The position numbers and the translations under genes are program-made. Below are positions 29,554-40,360 of a DNA stretch of 58,352 bases, in pieces. The DNA is from Candidatus Kerfeldbacteria bacterium (GTDB taxonomy: Bacteria; Patescibacteriota; Patescibacteriia; UBA9570; XYC2-FULL-38-9), in assembly GCA_018500015.2 (NCBI GenBank), contig JAHBAR020000015.1, positions 1 to 58,352 of the forward strand, given 5' to 3'. Positions within the stretch are counted from its first letter, which is position 1. Every line of letters starts with the position of its first letter. The notes beneath the pieces are model-generated. The model was not told the DNA's origin, searched no databases, and saw only the letters and a list, made by a program, of their open reading frames with translations.

Positions 29554-32500
29554 ATGCGACGTTCTCACTTTATTTTTTCTCTTGTCAGCGCCGTTGTATT
29601 TGCGCTTGGTAGTCGCTCTGCATTTGCACAGGTGAGAACAAATTTTACAAACATCGGTTTAAGCAGCACTGATCCGGTAACTGTTATTTTGAATATTCTT
29701 GCATGGTTCCTTGGTATTGTCGCTCTTATTGCCCTTGGTCTTACTGTATACGGCGGATTTTTGTGGATGACCTCCGGAGGTAATGAAGAAAAGGTTGAAA
29801 AAGCGAAACAAGTGCTTCGTAATGCGATTATCGGTTTGTTGATTATTTTGTCGGCATGGGGAATTGTGTTGTATGTCATCGGAGTATTCTCTGATGCAAC
29901 CGGAACGTCAACAACCAACGGCAATGGCACGGGCGGATCGTGTATTGGGTGTTCTATTCCTTCATCGGGCGATACATTCGGTGTGTTGTCTACCAACCCA
30001 ACAGCATCTGAAACCAATGTGGTGCTCTGTACCGATGTAACAGTGCGTATGACTGATGCCGTGGATCAATCGACGGTCACACCTGACGCATTCTTTATGC
30101 AGGTTGTGGATGGTAGAAATGCGGGAGCAGCCTGTACTCAGAATACAGAGTGTTCCTCAGGGCTTTGTTCTGAGTCTCTGTGTCAAGGTGATGTTGTTGC
30201 AGGCACTATCGGGTTTGCGCCGGGAGAAAGCACAAGCTACTTTAACTTTGTTCCGACTCAAACTTTTGAGCAAGATACTACGTATGAAGTCACTGTTGCA
30301 GGCGGCGCTGATGGTGTCTTGAGTCTCGACACAACAGATGATGGTGTTGATGATAGTCTCAGCATGGGCGCGACATATACGTGGCAATTTACTACCGGCT
30401 CTGAGACAGACACCACTCCGCCAACGGTTGAAGTGAGCTCAAGCTCTCCATATCCTGCTGACGGCACCACCAATGTCTGCTTGTACACCGTGATCAACTT
30501 CGATTTTTCCGAACCGATGCGCATTACAACCTTTAATGATGATCTCTCTTTTGTTGTCGACAAAGCTGATGATGGTCTTTTGCCGGATTGGGCCGATGCA
30601 ATCAATCTTACTGGTTGGAGTTTTGGTGCGCAGTTTGATTATGCGCAAGCACGCCCTCAAACCTCTTTGGAGGCAAATGCTGTGTATGGCGCTCGTTTAT
30701 ATGCTGGAGATCCGCTCAATAATTTTGCAGGCGCGCTTACCGATTCATGCGGGAACTCATTAGATGGTAATGCAAATGGTGTATCGGAAGGTTCAACAAT
30801 TGATAACTATCTTGGGTACGACAATACCGCAACTCCAGAGGATCCAATCACATGGACTACTGGCGAAAATGCCGAATGCACCCCGATTGTGAATGCATTT
30901 ACCCCAGCTTCTGATTACTATGGTGAGTATGCTGGCTTACGAGCGGGTGATGCGTGTTCGGTGAATAGCGACTGCGGTTCGGGGAGTTGTGTCGCCGGAG
31001 TGTGTCAGGATTTTGGAGCAACCACGTTGAGCATTACCGGTTTATACCTTGGTCCTCACCCTGAGGTGCTCATGGAAGGAAGTCAAATTTTTGCAGGGGA
31101 TGGTATTAATAGTTGTTTTAATGAAGAACATATTGGAAACAATCCGGGCAACGTGAGTTTGGGTGATTCGTGTATTGATGATGAATTGCAATCAGATTCG
31201 CAAATTGTGATGCGCACCCCTGTTGGTGCTGCAACCTCAACCCCTATTTCTGTGACTGTTGCCGGTGAGACCAGCGAGCAATCGAGTACAGAGCTGACGG
31301 TGCTCAGTCCATACATCTCTGCCTTAAGTCCAAACAACGGCTCCGTCGGCCAGTATGTTACTGTTGTTGGTGCAAACTTTATTGACGAGCAAGGTGGTGG
31401 TTTTGTTCGTATGATCTCTGCAGATGGTACGCGCGTCTCAACGCTCACTATTCCTGAAGCTTGCGGTGATGTGTGGACCGACGGAACGATCATTATTTCT
31501 GCTCCTGAAACATACACGAATACCGACGGCACAACCGGTTCTTGGGAAAGTGGTGATGTTGGATATGTTCAAGTGCGCAACGCAAATGGTCGATATTCTG
31601 ATTTGCAAGAGTTCACTTTTAATACAATTTCTCGTCCAAATCTTTGCCAAGTTGTGAGTAGTTGTGACAACTCTGGTGGACAAGATTTTTATGTGACCGG
31701 CGACAACTTTGGAGTTTCTAAGAGTAGTAACGATCAAGTGACCTTTGCTTCAGGCGATGCAACAGGGTACTACGCCTCTGTTTCAAGCGCTGATTGGACA
31801 AGCACTCAAATTGATGGCACTACACCTTCTGACATGGCTCAAGATGATTATTGGGTTTCTGTCTATGACGGAGATACTGGAGAGAATAGCAATACAGTTC
31901 CATACTCTATTCCATGTAGTGCAGCTCCAGAGGTTGTAGATATTGGTACGTGCTCTCCAGACGATTCAATATACCCTGTGCCAAACCCACGTCCAGATTC
32001 AACAGACGTATGTATCAATGCCGATGTTGCGGTGTTGTTTGACACCACGATGTACCCATCATCCATCACAACTGACACGGTGTACCTTGAAGAGTTAAAT
32101 AGAGGCGATGAAATTAACTCTTCGTATTCTCCACTCACCATAGTGGGACGAATTTCCAACTCACATTGGTCGGCGGTGTACGGCTCAAATACCTATCATG
32201 GATTTAAATATGATGTGATTAGCGTGCCAATTGATGAAGATCAAGATGGCATTGCTGATGGTCGAGGAAGTTCTGCACACTTGCGTCCAAATACATGGTA
32301 CCGCTTAACAATCACCACTGGCGTTCAGTCGGAAGAGAGGATTGCGTTGTCAGAAAACTACACCATGACATTTAAGACTCGCGACTCTTCTGAGTTGTGC
32401 GATGTCTCAACGATTGCTGTAGATCCAAGTTCGGTCACTAAAAATAGTTATTGGGACTCTGAAGCTAACACTCGTGTCTCCGCACGTTTTTCTGGCTCGC

Positions 32501-35500
32501 CGTACACTGCTTCATGCCAATTGCTGGACGCTGACTCGTATGATTGGGATTGGTCGATTGATAATACTTCAGTTGGTGATTTTGGTACCGGTCCTGACTC
32601 AACTTCAAATCAATCTGTGTATGTTGCTGGTAATGACGCTGAAAATGAGGGCACAGCGCGTGTAACAGCCGATGTCTCCGGCATTACCGACACCTCGAAT
32701 TTTGTAGTTGATCTTGGGTATTGTGATACTGATGCTGACTGTTCTTCATGCTCAGGTTCGGTATGTAATGAATCAACTCATGAATGTACACCGGTTATCA
32801 CCGATATATCACCTGACAACGGCGATAACGGTACATGGGTGACGGTCGCTGGATGTATGTTTGGCTCTGCTCGAGGAAGCGTCAACATGCTTTCTGATGA
32901 TGGGAGTATCTCAACCCCAGCCGATTGGCCAAATGAAGCGTTGTGTGGTGATACATGGACCAATGAGTCGGTAGTTGTTGAAGTCCCGGCGCAATATGAT
33001 ACTACAGGTGATGGGTTGGATGATGCAGAGCTACCGAGTGGTCTGTACCATTTCTCCATCGCTCTTCCTTCAGGGCTCTCTTATGCGTCATCTTTGGACT
33101 ACACACTCGACGATTCCCAGCATCCGGGATTGTGTTTAATTGATCCAAATGAAGGAGGGGAAGGCGCTGGATTCACCGCCTATGGTCAAGGTTTTGGTAC
33201 TGATGTTGGTTCCGCATCTTTTAATGGCACAGATGATTATAATGGTGATGGTACGCCAGATCGTGTAGCGACCAGCGATGCAAACACGTCATGGACAGAT
33301 GCAGTTATTAATAGCATTGTTCCAAGTGGTGCGGTCACTGGCCGCGCAGTTGATGGGCAACAAGGTTTTGTCGTTATTGGTGCTGGAGGTGATCCAAACT
33401 GTACTGACGATTCATGTTCAAACGCTCTGGACTTTACCGTGTCGTGTACTGTTGATGCTGATTGTGCTTCGGGTACATGCGATGAATCGGGAATGTGTGT
33501 ACCAAATGATGGAACAACATCATGTACTACTGATGCTGATTGCCAAGTGGGGGTGTGTGGTGCAAGTAGCTGTTCTAGCGAGGGCACGTGTACTCCAGTT
33601 ATCACAAGTATTGATGGAGACTCAGGTCCAAACGGTGCATTTACGACCGTACAAGGATGCTACTTTGGAAATTATGCTTCAGGAAGCGCAATCACCTTTA
33701 CCAACGATGCAGGTGTGGTTTCAACAGGAACATTCCCATGTACAGATAGCTGGTCCGACTCTCAAGTCATTATAGAAATTCCAGAGGCTTCAGAGCTTCC
33801 TTTGGGGACTACCGCTGATGTGCGTGTTACGACATCTCAAGCGCTCACCTCAAACGCCGAGGTGTTCACTGTCACTAATGTGTGCTCAACTGGCGCTCCA
33901 GTCCCAAGCTCTGGTGTGCCGTTGTTATGCGATCTCATTCAATCTTCTGGTGACTCTGGCTCCACTGTTGAATTTGTTGGTGATAGACAAGTATCGTCAG
34001 GACAAAGCGACACCTTTTATAACAATGCAGATGGTGATGATTTTCAATACACTGACGCAACCTCAAGTACGGTTGCCGTACCTGAAAATGCTGTGACAGG
34101 AAATGCAAACGTTGTGGTGAATTCATGTGCAAGCAACGGACTCGCATTTACTGTCACCTGTTCCTCAACCTCTGATTGTGGAGAGGGTGCATATTGTGTC
34201 GATAATGTCTGTACGGCAGATATAGCAGCAACATGTGGTGCCTGTACGACAGGCACATCTGATGCGGTCTGTGGTACATCCCAAGGCTGCTACTATAATT
34301 CTGGTGAAACTGCATTTTGTTGTGGCGCTCGCCCTCAGCTTGAGTCTATTTCAATCGAAAATGGGGCAGAAAATATTTGTCCAAACACGGAAATTATTGC
34401 CACGTTTAGTGAGGGTATAGATAATTATGACTCAGCTATTACCTTGCAAAAAGTGGTAGATAATGGTGACGGCACATACACAACCGTTGCTACTGAAACC
34501 ATCTCTGTACGTCCAACCGACGAAAACTTCACTACGTTTGCACTCACTCCTGATCAGCTTGATGTATCGTCAACATATCTTCTGACACTCCAGAGCTCGG
34601 CAGATGCCTCATCTGAGCAGCTCAACAGCACCTCTACTGGTTTGGCATTACAAGGTGGCACGCAACAATACCTCTTTTCTACCGCTTCAAGCATGTGCGT
34701 CCCTGATCACATTGATCTTCTTAACGACGAGACTGGTGAATCCTCGTACACATTTAGTGAGGCAAATGCGACTACAGACTTTACCGCTTACATGCTCTCT
34801 TCTGACAACCAGTATTTGGCATCAACAGATGAGATGAGTTGGGAATTTGTGTGGGATCCATATTATGACGATAATCGTTGTGATAATGTCGCGTGGGTAG
34901 ATACGACTTCAGAGGAAGATGCAACAGGGGAGTCAAGTGCAACATCTGAAACGCAAACTATTCAAAGTGGTGATGAGCACGATAGAGTGGATACTATTAC
35001 GGCAACAGCATCTGCCTTGTCAGGTTGGACAGGTGATCTTTCCGACGCGGCTTCAGTTGCTACATTCTACTGTCCATCGGGTGAGGCATGGCAGTACATT
35101 GATGAAACAGATGGTGATGGATATGTTTCACATGCCTATCCGCAGCATTTCCGTTTAATCTATTGTGATAATGATACTTTGCCAACATTGAACGCAATTG
35201 TTGATACAGGCTCCGCAGAGGACGATTGGTTCTTGCAGTATCTCTTTGTCAGCGAGGAGGATAAAGAAGATGCTTTTGGTATACGCGTATATCAAAATAG
35301 CGAACGCTTGTCGCCTGCGGCCTGGTATGCGGCCAATGTTCCAAATCCGGGGAGCGTAAACGAAACCACGGTTGATGGATATGAGGCTATCCAAGATGGG
35401 ACTAGTTATTACATTGCAGCAAGTAATATAGATGATGATACCAATGGTGACGGTCTTGATGAATTGTATGACAACATCTATCTCATCACATTCAATGAGA

Positions 35501-36192
35501 GCGACAACATGTCAGCTATTGCTTCGCAGATCATGGAGCATATCCGTTTTAACTGGAATTTGAGCTACGCAGCATGCGAAGGTTCAGACAAAGAGAAGCT
35601 TGTGCGCGATACTAAGCGTATTACTGACATTGGGGCTATTGCATCGCTGGCCAATACATACTATGCCGCAAACGGAGAGTATCCATTGCCACAAAGTGAG
35701 TCGTTTGGTTCTTATATTTCAAGCCTCACAACCAGTGTGTGGACTTCATGGCAAGGTGCATTAGGCAACATTTTGGGTTCTACATTACCAGCAGATCCAT
35801 ACAATTTCTTCTACGCTTCAGATGCAGATGACCCATGGAACGCAAGCTCAACGCCATGGGAATACACTGGGGATAGTAGTTCTGTAGAAGATTGTGCATA
35901 CAACCCTGATGAAAATGAGTTTTATGATGAAGTGGGTACATGTTGGGATCCAATCAATAGCAAATTCTTTTGTCCAGCATATTCGCATACATATCTCTGG
36001 GCTGTAGATCCAACAAATCAAAATAATGCATCGTTGTATGCAAGTATGGAGTATGATAGCTCTACAACAGAGACATACATCACCGACACAACAGTGACCG
36101 AGCCATGTAGTAGTGCGGATCCAGATTCAACATGTAGTTGTTTCAACTATGTATTATCCAGTGATGGAGATCCGGGAGGCACGTGGAGATAA
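29554..36192 (+). CDS. Giant surface protein (2,212 aa): VirB2/TrbC-like pilin, Ig-like (Big_5), IPT/TIG and Cys-rich repeats
   Basis: YGGFLWMTSGGNEEKVEKAKQVLRNAIIGLLIILSAW pilin; P.I..ISP..G..G..VT..G..FG IPT units; C..D.DC.SG.C repeats; D/T/S-rich. Confidence 0.85.
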   Translation: MRRSHFIFSLVSAVVFALGSRSAFAQVRTNFTNIGLSSTDPVTVILNILAWFLGIVALIALGLTVYGGFLWMTSGGNEEKVEKAKQVLRNAIIGLLIILSAWGIVLYVIGVFSDATGTSTTNGNGTGGSCIGCSIPSSGDTFGVLSTNPTASETNVVLCTDVTVRMTDAVDQSTVTPDAFFMQVVDGRNAGAACTQNTECSSGLCSESLCQGDVVAGTIGFAPGESTSYFNFVPTQTFEQDTTYEVTVAGGADGVLSLDTTDDGVDDSLSMGATYTWQFTTGSETDTTPPTVEVSSSSPYPADGTTNVCLYTVINFDFSEPMRITTFNDDLSFVVDKADDGLLPDWADAINLTGWSFGAQFDYAQARPQTSLEANAVYGARLYAGDPLNNFAGALTDSCGNSLDGNANGVSEGSTIDNYLGYDNTATPEDPITWTTGENAECTPIVNAFTPASDYYGEYAGLRAGDACSVNSDCGSGSCVAGVCQDFGATTLSITGLYLGPHPEVLMEGSQIFAGDGINSCFNEEHIGNNPGNVSLGDSCIDDELQSDSQIVMRTPVGAATSTPISVTVAGETSEQSSTELTVLSPYISALSPNNGSVGQYVTVVGANFIDEQGGGFVRMISADGTRVSTLTIPEACGDVWTDGTIIISAPETYTNTDGTTGSWESGDVGYVQVRNANGRYSDLQEFTFNTISRPNLCQVVSSCDNSGGQDFYVTGDNFGVSKSSNDQVTFASGDATGYYASVSSADWTSTQIDGTTPSDMAQDDYWVSVYDGDTGENSNTVPYSIPCSAAPEVVDIGTCSPDDSIYPVPNPRPDSTDVCINADVAVLFDTTMYPSSITTDTVYLEELNRGDEINSSYSPLTIVGRISNSHWSAVYGSNTYHGFKYDVISVPIDEDQDGIADGRGSSAHLRPNTWYRLTITTGVQSEERIALSENYTMTFKTRDSSELCDVSTIAVDPSSVTKNSYWDSEANTRVSARFSGSPYTASCQLLDADSYDWDWSIDNTSVGDFGTGPDSTSNQSVYVAGNDAENEGTARVTADVSGITDTSNFVVDLGYCDTDADCSSCSGSVCNESTHECTPVITDISPDNGDNGTWVTVAGCMFGSARGSVNMLSDDGSISTPADWPNEALCGDTWTNESVVVEVPAQYDTTGDGLDDAELPSGLYHFSIALPSGLSYASSLDYTLDDSQHPGLCLIDPNEGGEGAGFTAYGQGFGTDVGSASFNGTDDYNGDGTPDRVATSDANTSWTDAVINSIVPSGAVTGRAVDGQQGFVVIGAGGDPNCTDDSCSNALDFTVSCTVDADCASGTCDESGMCVPNDGTTSCTTDADCQVGVCGASSCSSEGTCTPVITSIDGDSGPNGAFTTVQGCYFGNYASGSAITFTNDAGVVSTGTFPCTDSWSDSQVIIEIPEASELPLGTTADVRVTTSQALTSNAEVFTVTNVCSTGAPVPSSGVPLLCDLIQSSGDSGSTVEFVGDRQVSSGQSDTFYNNADGDDFQYTDATSSTVAVPENAVTGNANVVVNSCASNGLAFTVTCSSTSDCGEGAYCVDNVCTADIAATCGACTTGTSDAVCGTSQGCYYNSGETAFCCGARPQLESISIENGAENICPNTEIIATFSEGIDNYDSAITLQKVVDNGDGTYTTVATETISVRPTDENFTTFALTPDQLDVSSTYLLTLQSSADASSEQLNSTSTGLALQGGTQQYLFSTASSMCVPDHIDLLNDETGESSYTFSEANATTDFTAYMLSSDNQYLASTDEMSWEFVWDPYYDDNRCDNVAWVDTTSEEDATGESSATSETQTIQSGDEHDRVDTITATASALSGWTGDLSDAASVATFYCPSGEAWQYIDETDGDGYVSHAYPQHFRLIYCDNDTLPTLNAIVDTGSAEDDWFLQYLFVSEEDKEDAFGIRVYQNSERLSPAAWYAANVPNPGSVNETTVDGYEAIQDGTSYYIAASNIDDDTNGDGLDELYDNIYLITFNESDNMSAIASQIMEHIRFNWNLSYAACEGSDKEKLVRDTKRITDIGAIASLANTYYAANGEYPLPQSESFGSYISSLTTSVWTSWQGALGNILGSTLPADPYNFFYASDADDPWNASSTPWEYTGDSSSVEDCAYNPDENEFYDEVGTCWDPINSKFFCPAYSHTYLWAVDPTNQNNASLYASMEYDSSTTETYITDTTVTEPCSSADPDSTCSCFNYVLSSDGDPGGTWR

Positions 36193-36207
36193 TGCCGGAA
36201 CGAAGTT

Positions 36208-36852
36208 ATGAATGAAGGAAGACAAACACAATCTTCATCAGAGCAATTACCTGAATCGCAACCGGTGATTCAAGATATTTTTGCTGCCGCAGATGAGCAG
36301 CAACAACCTCTTCATGAGCTTCAATATCAACCGTTGCCGAATATCCCGCATACTCCCACCAAGGTTACTGAGGTCCCACATTACAGCGCTCGGCCGCGCT
36401 GGGTATTGCCCGCGCTCATCGCTGTTGTCGTGCTTGTTCTTGCGGTGACAGCTACTGTGATTTTTATGGTGAGTAGATCTGAAGATTCTAACAATCTTAA
36501 TCAGGTGAGCGTGGTTAATGTAAACACTTCTCAGCCAATTAACGAGGTGCATATTCCTAGCGCAAACACCAACGCTCCAGAGGTTGTTGTAGACACCGAT
36601 GGTGATGGTCTCACAGACATAGAAGAGTCTGAGTATAAAACCGATATTCGTCTCATAGATAGCGATCAAGATGGATTGACAGATCGCGAAGAGATAAAAG
36701 TGTACGCCACGAATCCGTTGAAGTCCGACACTGATGGCGACCGTTATCTCGACGGCGAAGAGGTGCGAAAGTTGTTTAACCCTAAAGGCCCGGGACGACT
36801 CTTTAATATTAAAGAGGAGATCGACAAAGCCCAATCACAAACCAACCAATAA
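36208..36852 (+). CDS. Single-TM protein with Ca-binding DxDxDGL (TSP3-like) repeats
   Basis: DTDGDGLTDIEE, DSDQDGLTDREE, DTDGDRYLDGEEV. Confidence 0.8.
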   Translation: MNEGRQTQSSSEQLPESQPVIQDIFAAADEQQQPLHELQYQPLPNIPHTPTKVTEVPHYSARPRWVLPALIAVVVLVLAVTATVIFMVSRSEDSNNLNQVSVVNVNTSQPINEVHIPSANTNAPEVVVDTDGDGLTDIEESEYKTDIRLIDSDQDGLTDREEIKVYATNPLKSDTDGDRYLDGEEVRKLFNPKGPGRLFNIKEEIDKAQSQTNQ

Positions 36853-36855
36853 CGT

Positions 36856-37938
36856 ATGTTCGAAAACCAAATCCACAAAACAACTCAATCGCCAACTCCA
36901 CCATCGGCACCATCAACCGCTACAACTCCGGAACCGCAACCGCAGACACCGATGTATACCATGCCGGCAAAATATATTCCTGAGCGCAAAGTTGTGCGGC
37001 AACATTCTTGGTTACCATGGGTATTATTGGGTGTATTGGTGGTGATTTTGATCTTTGTTTCCATACTTGCTGTGAGTGTATATCTTCAGTCACAACAGGC
37101 CGGGCAGCAAACAAACACAAATCTCAATACCAATACCCAGAATACCAACCAGAACGCAAACATCGTCAGTAATAAAAACCGTAATACCAACACCGGCGCC
37201 ACATTAAATTTTAATATTAATGGCCAGTTGAATACAAATATTCAAACCGGTTTAAATGGAAATACCAATACTTTAACAAACAGCAATACGAATACTTCCG
37301 CCGGCACGACACCCGGACTTTCATCAGATATTAAAGATTCACGTGATAAAGATCGTGATGGTTTAACTGATGTGGAAGAGGATTTGTATGCTACAAAATT
37401 TCAACTGCCTGATTCAGATAAGGATGGATATGTTGATGGAACCGAGGTTCGTGGTTTGTTCTCACCTACTGAAGAGGGAAAGACTCTCTTGCAAAGCGGG
37501 CTGAACATTGAATATACCAACGCACTCTATGGATGGAGTATTCAGTATCCAAAAAAATGGGTTGAAGCGCCATTGGGTTCTGATGAATCACAAATCTTGT
37601 TCACTTCAGATACACAGCCCGGCGAGTTTGTGGAAGTCATTGTGATCGCGAATACAAACCATCAAACAGCAGCCGAGTGGTACATTTCACAGTATCCTTC
37701 CGTTACCTCAGCAGATATTGATGCAGTGACCTTAGGCGGTTTGCAAGGTGTCGTGGGTAAGGATGGATATGTGTATTATCTTGCAAACGATGAATATATT
37801 TTTACATTGGTATATCAGTTTGGTACAAAAAAAGAGGTGCATTATTCCACTACATTTGAAATGATGGTAAAAAGTTTTGAGTATACTGCACCAGCACAGC
37901 CTACGAATGTAAACTCAGTCACAAATTCAAATTCATAA
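36856..37938 (+). CDS. Single-TM protein with Asn/Thr-rich stalk, DxDxDG repeats and PsbP-like C-terminal domain
   Basis: NTN-rich tract; DKDRDGLTDVEE, DSDKDGYVDGTEV; YTNALYGWSIQYPKKW...FEMMVKSFEY. Confidence 0.75.
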   Translation: MFENQIHKTTQSPTPPSAPSTATTPEPQPQTPMYTMPAKYIPERKVVRQHSWLPWVLLGVLVVILIFVSILAVSVYLQSQQAGQQTNTNLNTNTQNTNQNANIVSNKNRNTNTGATLNFNINGQLNTNIQTGLNGNTNTLTNSNTNTSAGTTPGLSSDIKDSRDKDRDGLTDVEEDLYATKFQLPDSDKDGYVDGTEVRGLFSPTEEGKTLLQSGLNIEYTNALYGWSIQYPKKWVEAPLGSDESQILFTSDTQPGEFVEVIVIANTNHQTAAEWYISQYPSVTSADIDAVTLGGLQGVVGKDGYVYYLANDEYIFTLVYQFGTKKEVHYSTTFEMMVKSFEYTAPAQPTNVNSVTNSNS

Positions 37939-37947
37939 GTAACAGTC

Positions 37948-38373
37948 ATGACAGCAGAACTTATTAAGCGTGTTCACTTATCAGTATTTGACGAAACACT
38001 CATGCGCAAACTTTTGCGCGCAACTGAGCGTATTGAACGATGTCCAAAAAAGCTCCACACTTCTGTAGCTATTGTTTCAAATACAGAAATACGAAAATGG
38101 AATGCGTTATATCGACGCAAAAACTATGCTACAGATGTCTTGTCTTTTAGATACTCTGCAACAGAGGCGGAAATTATTATTTCTGCGCAAAAAGTTCGCG
38201 CACAAGCCAAGGAGTATGGTAATACTCAAACTGAAGAAGCAGCATTTTTATTTGTACATGGCGTGTTGCATAATCTAGGGTGGGATCACGAACGATCAGA
38301 AAAAGAGGCTCGCCAGATGCGTGAAAAAGAAGTAAAAATTTTAAACTTATGCGGATTACATTGCGCACGTTAA
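37948..38373 (+). CDS. ybeY: rRNA maturation endoribonuclease YbeY
   Basis: TDVLSF, HGVLHNLGWDHE. Confidence 0.95.
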   Translation: MTAELIKRVHLSVFDETLMRKLLRATERIERCPKKLHTSVAIVSNTEIRKWNALYRRKNYATDVLSFRYSATEAEIIISAQKVRAQAKEYGNTQTEEAAFLFVHGVLHNLGWDHERSEKEARQMREKEVKILNLCGLHCAR

Positions 38374-38717
38374 AAGAAAGCACGACATATGCGTGGCGAG
38401 GCATTCTCTATGTATTTCGAAATGAGCAGAATTTTCGCATCCAACTCATTATTGGACTACTGGTAGTTGTGCTTGGGTGGATATTTCGTATATCAAAGCT
38501 TGAAGCTGTTGCGCTCATTTTTGTTATCACCGCTGTTCTTGTTATGGAAGTGTTGAATACTGTACTAGAACGCTTTATCGACATTGTAAAGCCGCGTTTG
38601 CACAGTTATGCCGGTGTCATTAAAGATATGATGGCTGGTGCGGTGATGCTCACAGCGATTGGTGCCATTATTGTCGGGCTTGTTATTTTACTTCCATACG
38701 TAGCACCGATTTTGTAA
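38349..38717 (+). CDS. dgkA: Diacylglycerol/undecaprenol kinase family protein
   Basis: EQNFRIQ, EVLNTVLERFID, IKDMMAGAV; follows ybeY. Confidence 0.9.
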   Translation: MRITLRTLKESTTYAWRGILYVFRNEQNFRIQLIIGLLVVVLGWIFRISKLEAVALIFVITAVLVMEVLNTVLERFIDIVKPRLHSYAGVIKDMMAGAVMLTAIGAIIVGLVILLPYVAPIL

Positions 38718-38761
38718 TTGTGTTATACTTTTAAAAGTCAAAACACATTCATTTTTACCCT

Positions 38762-40015
38762 ATGGCTCGTGAAGATATTATCACCGGAATAGACATCGGT
38801 TCCACATCAGTTCGTGTTGTCTGTGGCCAGATCAAGACTGTTCGTGATCATCAAGAAGTTATTCAAATTATCGGTGCTGCGGAAGCTGAAACCGAAGGTG
38901 TAAGCAAGGGCGTTGTGACAAGTATTGAGGATGCTGTTGCCTCGATGTCAGCTGCTGTAGAAAAGTGCGAGCGTATGACTGGCGTTCCAATTGAAGATGC
39001 GCTGGTGAGTGTAAATGGCGTTCATGTGACTGCCCAACAAGCACACGGTGTCGTTGCAATTGCTAAGGCAAATGGCGAAGTGGGCGAAGATGATGTTGCT
39101 CGCGCAATTGAATCTGCTCAGAGTATTTCAACACCGCCAAATTACGAAATTCTACATATCATTCCTCGCTCATTTACCGTCGATCATCAAACGAATGTCA
39201 AAGATCCTATTGGGATGACCGGTATTAAGCTTGAAGTTGATGCACAAATTATTTTAGGGATGACTGCCCAAGTCAAAAATATCACCAAAGCTGTGTATCG
39301 CACCGGTGTGGATATTCGTGATCTTGTCTTTTCACCTTTAGCATCAGCCGAAAGCACGCTCACTAAGCGTCAGAAAGAGCTTGGTGCCGCAGTCATTGCT
39401 ATTGGCGGCTCTACCACATCTCTTGCTGTGTATGAAGAAGGTGATTTGTTATATACTTCAGTGTTGCCTGTAGGAAGCGGCCATATCACCAACGATATTG
39501 CCATTGGTTTGCGCACTTCTGTGGATGTTGCAGAAGCCGTGAAGCGTCAATTTGGTACGATGATGCCTGAACACGTAGGCAAACACGAAGAGATTGACCT
39601 TGCGACTATTGATGCTTCCGAAAAAGTATTGGTCTCGCGCAAAGAGGTTGCAGAAATTATCCAAGCACGTGTCGACGAATTGTTTGCTATGATCGGAAAA
39701 GAGCTCAAGAGCATTGATCGTTTTGCTAAGCTTCCGGCCGGGATGGTGTTTACAGGTGGTGGTGCAAAAATGGAAGGGCTTGTTGATCATGCAAAAGAGT
39801 ATTTCAAAACATCGGCATCTGTTGGCGTACCACAGCATATTCAAACACCAATTGAGAAGATTCAAGATCCATCGTTCACCACAGCAATCGGGTTAGTTCT
39901 TTGGGGCGCGAACGCATCCGCATCTATGAACATGCGCAACTCAAGTTCAAATTTTTCTTCTGTTGCTGGGGTTACTGGGAAGATAGGCAAGTGGGTTAAG
40001 TCGTTTATGCCATAA
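38762..40015 (+). CDS. ftsA: Cell division protein FtsA
   Basis: GIDIGST, DPIGMTG, GHITNDIA, VFTGGGA. Confidence 0.97.
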   Translation: MAREDIITGIDIGSTSVRVVCGQIKTVRDHQEVIQIIGAAEAETEGVSKGVVTSIEDAVASMSAAVEKCERMTGVPIEDALVSVNGVHVTAQQAHGVVAIAKANGEVGEDDVARAIESAQSISTPPNYEILHIIPRSFTVDHQTNVKDPIGMTGIKLEVDAQIILGMTAQVKNITKAVYRTGVDIRDLVFSPLASAESTLTKRQKELGAAVIAIGGSTTSLAVYEEGDLLYTSVLPVGSGHITNDIAIGLRTSVDVAEAVKRQFGTMMPEHVGKHEEIDLATIDASEKVLVSRKEVAEIIQARVDELFAMIGKELKSIDRFAKLPAGMVFTGGGAKMEGLVDHAKEYFKTSASVGVPQHIQTPIEKIQDPSFTTAIGLVLWGANASASMNMRNSSSNFSSVAGVTGKIGKWVKSFMP

Positions 40016-40194
40016 TTTGTGCGCTAATAAATTCAGATATTGTTAAAAAAGAATTAGGAGTAAATCCTAATTCTTTTTTAACCCTCCGGGCTTGTTGCTC
40101 GTCTTTTCGTCTTGGTCGACGTACCGTAATGTACGCCTCCCGCGCCTAAAAGACTGCGCAACTGCGCACTATCCGAATTTCTATAGCGCACAAA
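40016..40194. repeat. Structured intergenic repeat, family R3 copy 3 (carries an AT-rich terminator-like hairpin at 40043-40081)
   Basis: Outer stem TTTGTGCGCTA/TAGCGCACAAA; ACCCTCCGGGCTTGT and CGTAC-CGTAAT-GTACGCCTC cores. Confidence 0.75.
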
Positions 40195-40360
40195 CAACAG
40201 CAGTATTATAGAGATTATTTTTTGTATTCAAGTAGCAAACAGGGGTGGATACAAAATGTGTTCAGAAACGTTGTATTTTTGAACTATACTCTGCTATTCT
40301 TCATTCTGTAATTTCTAATACTGTGTGCAACACCTTAGGTGTTCATTTATGAAAAAAACT

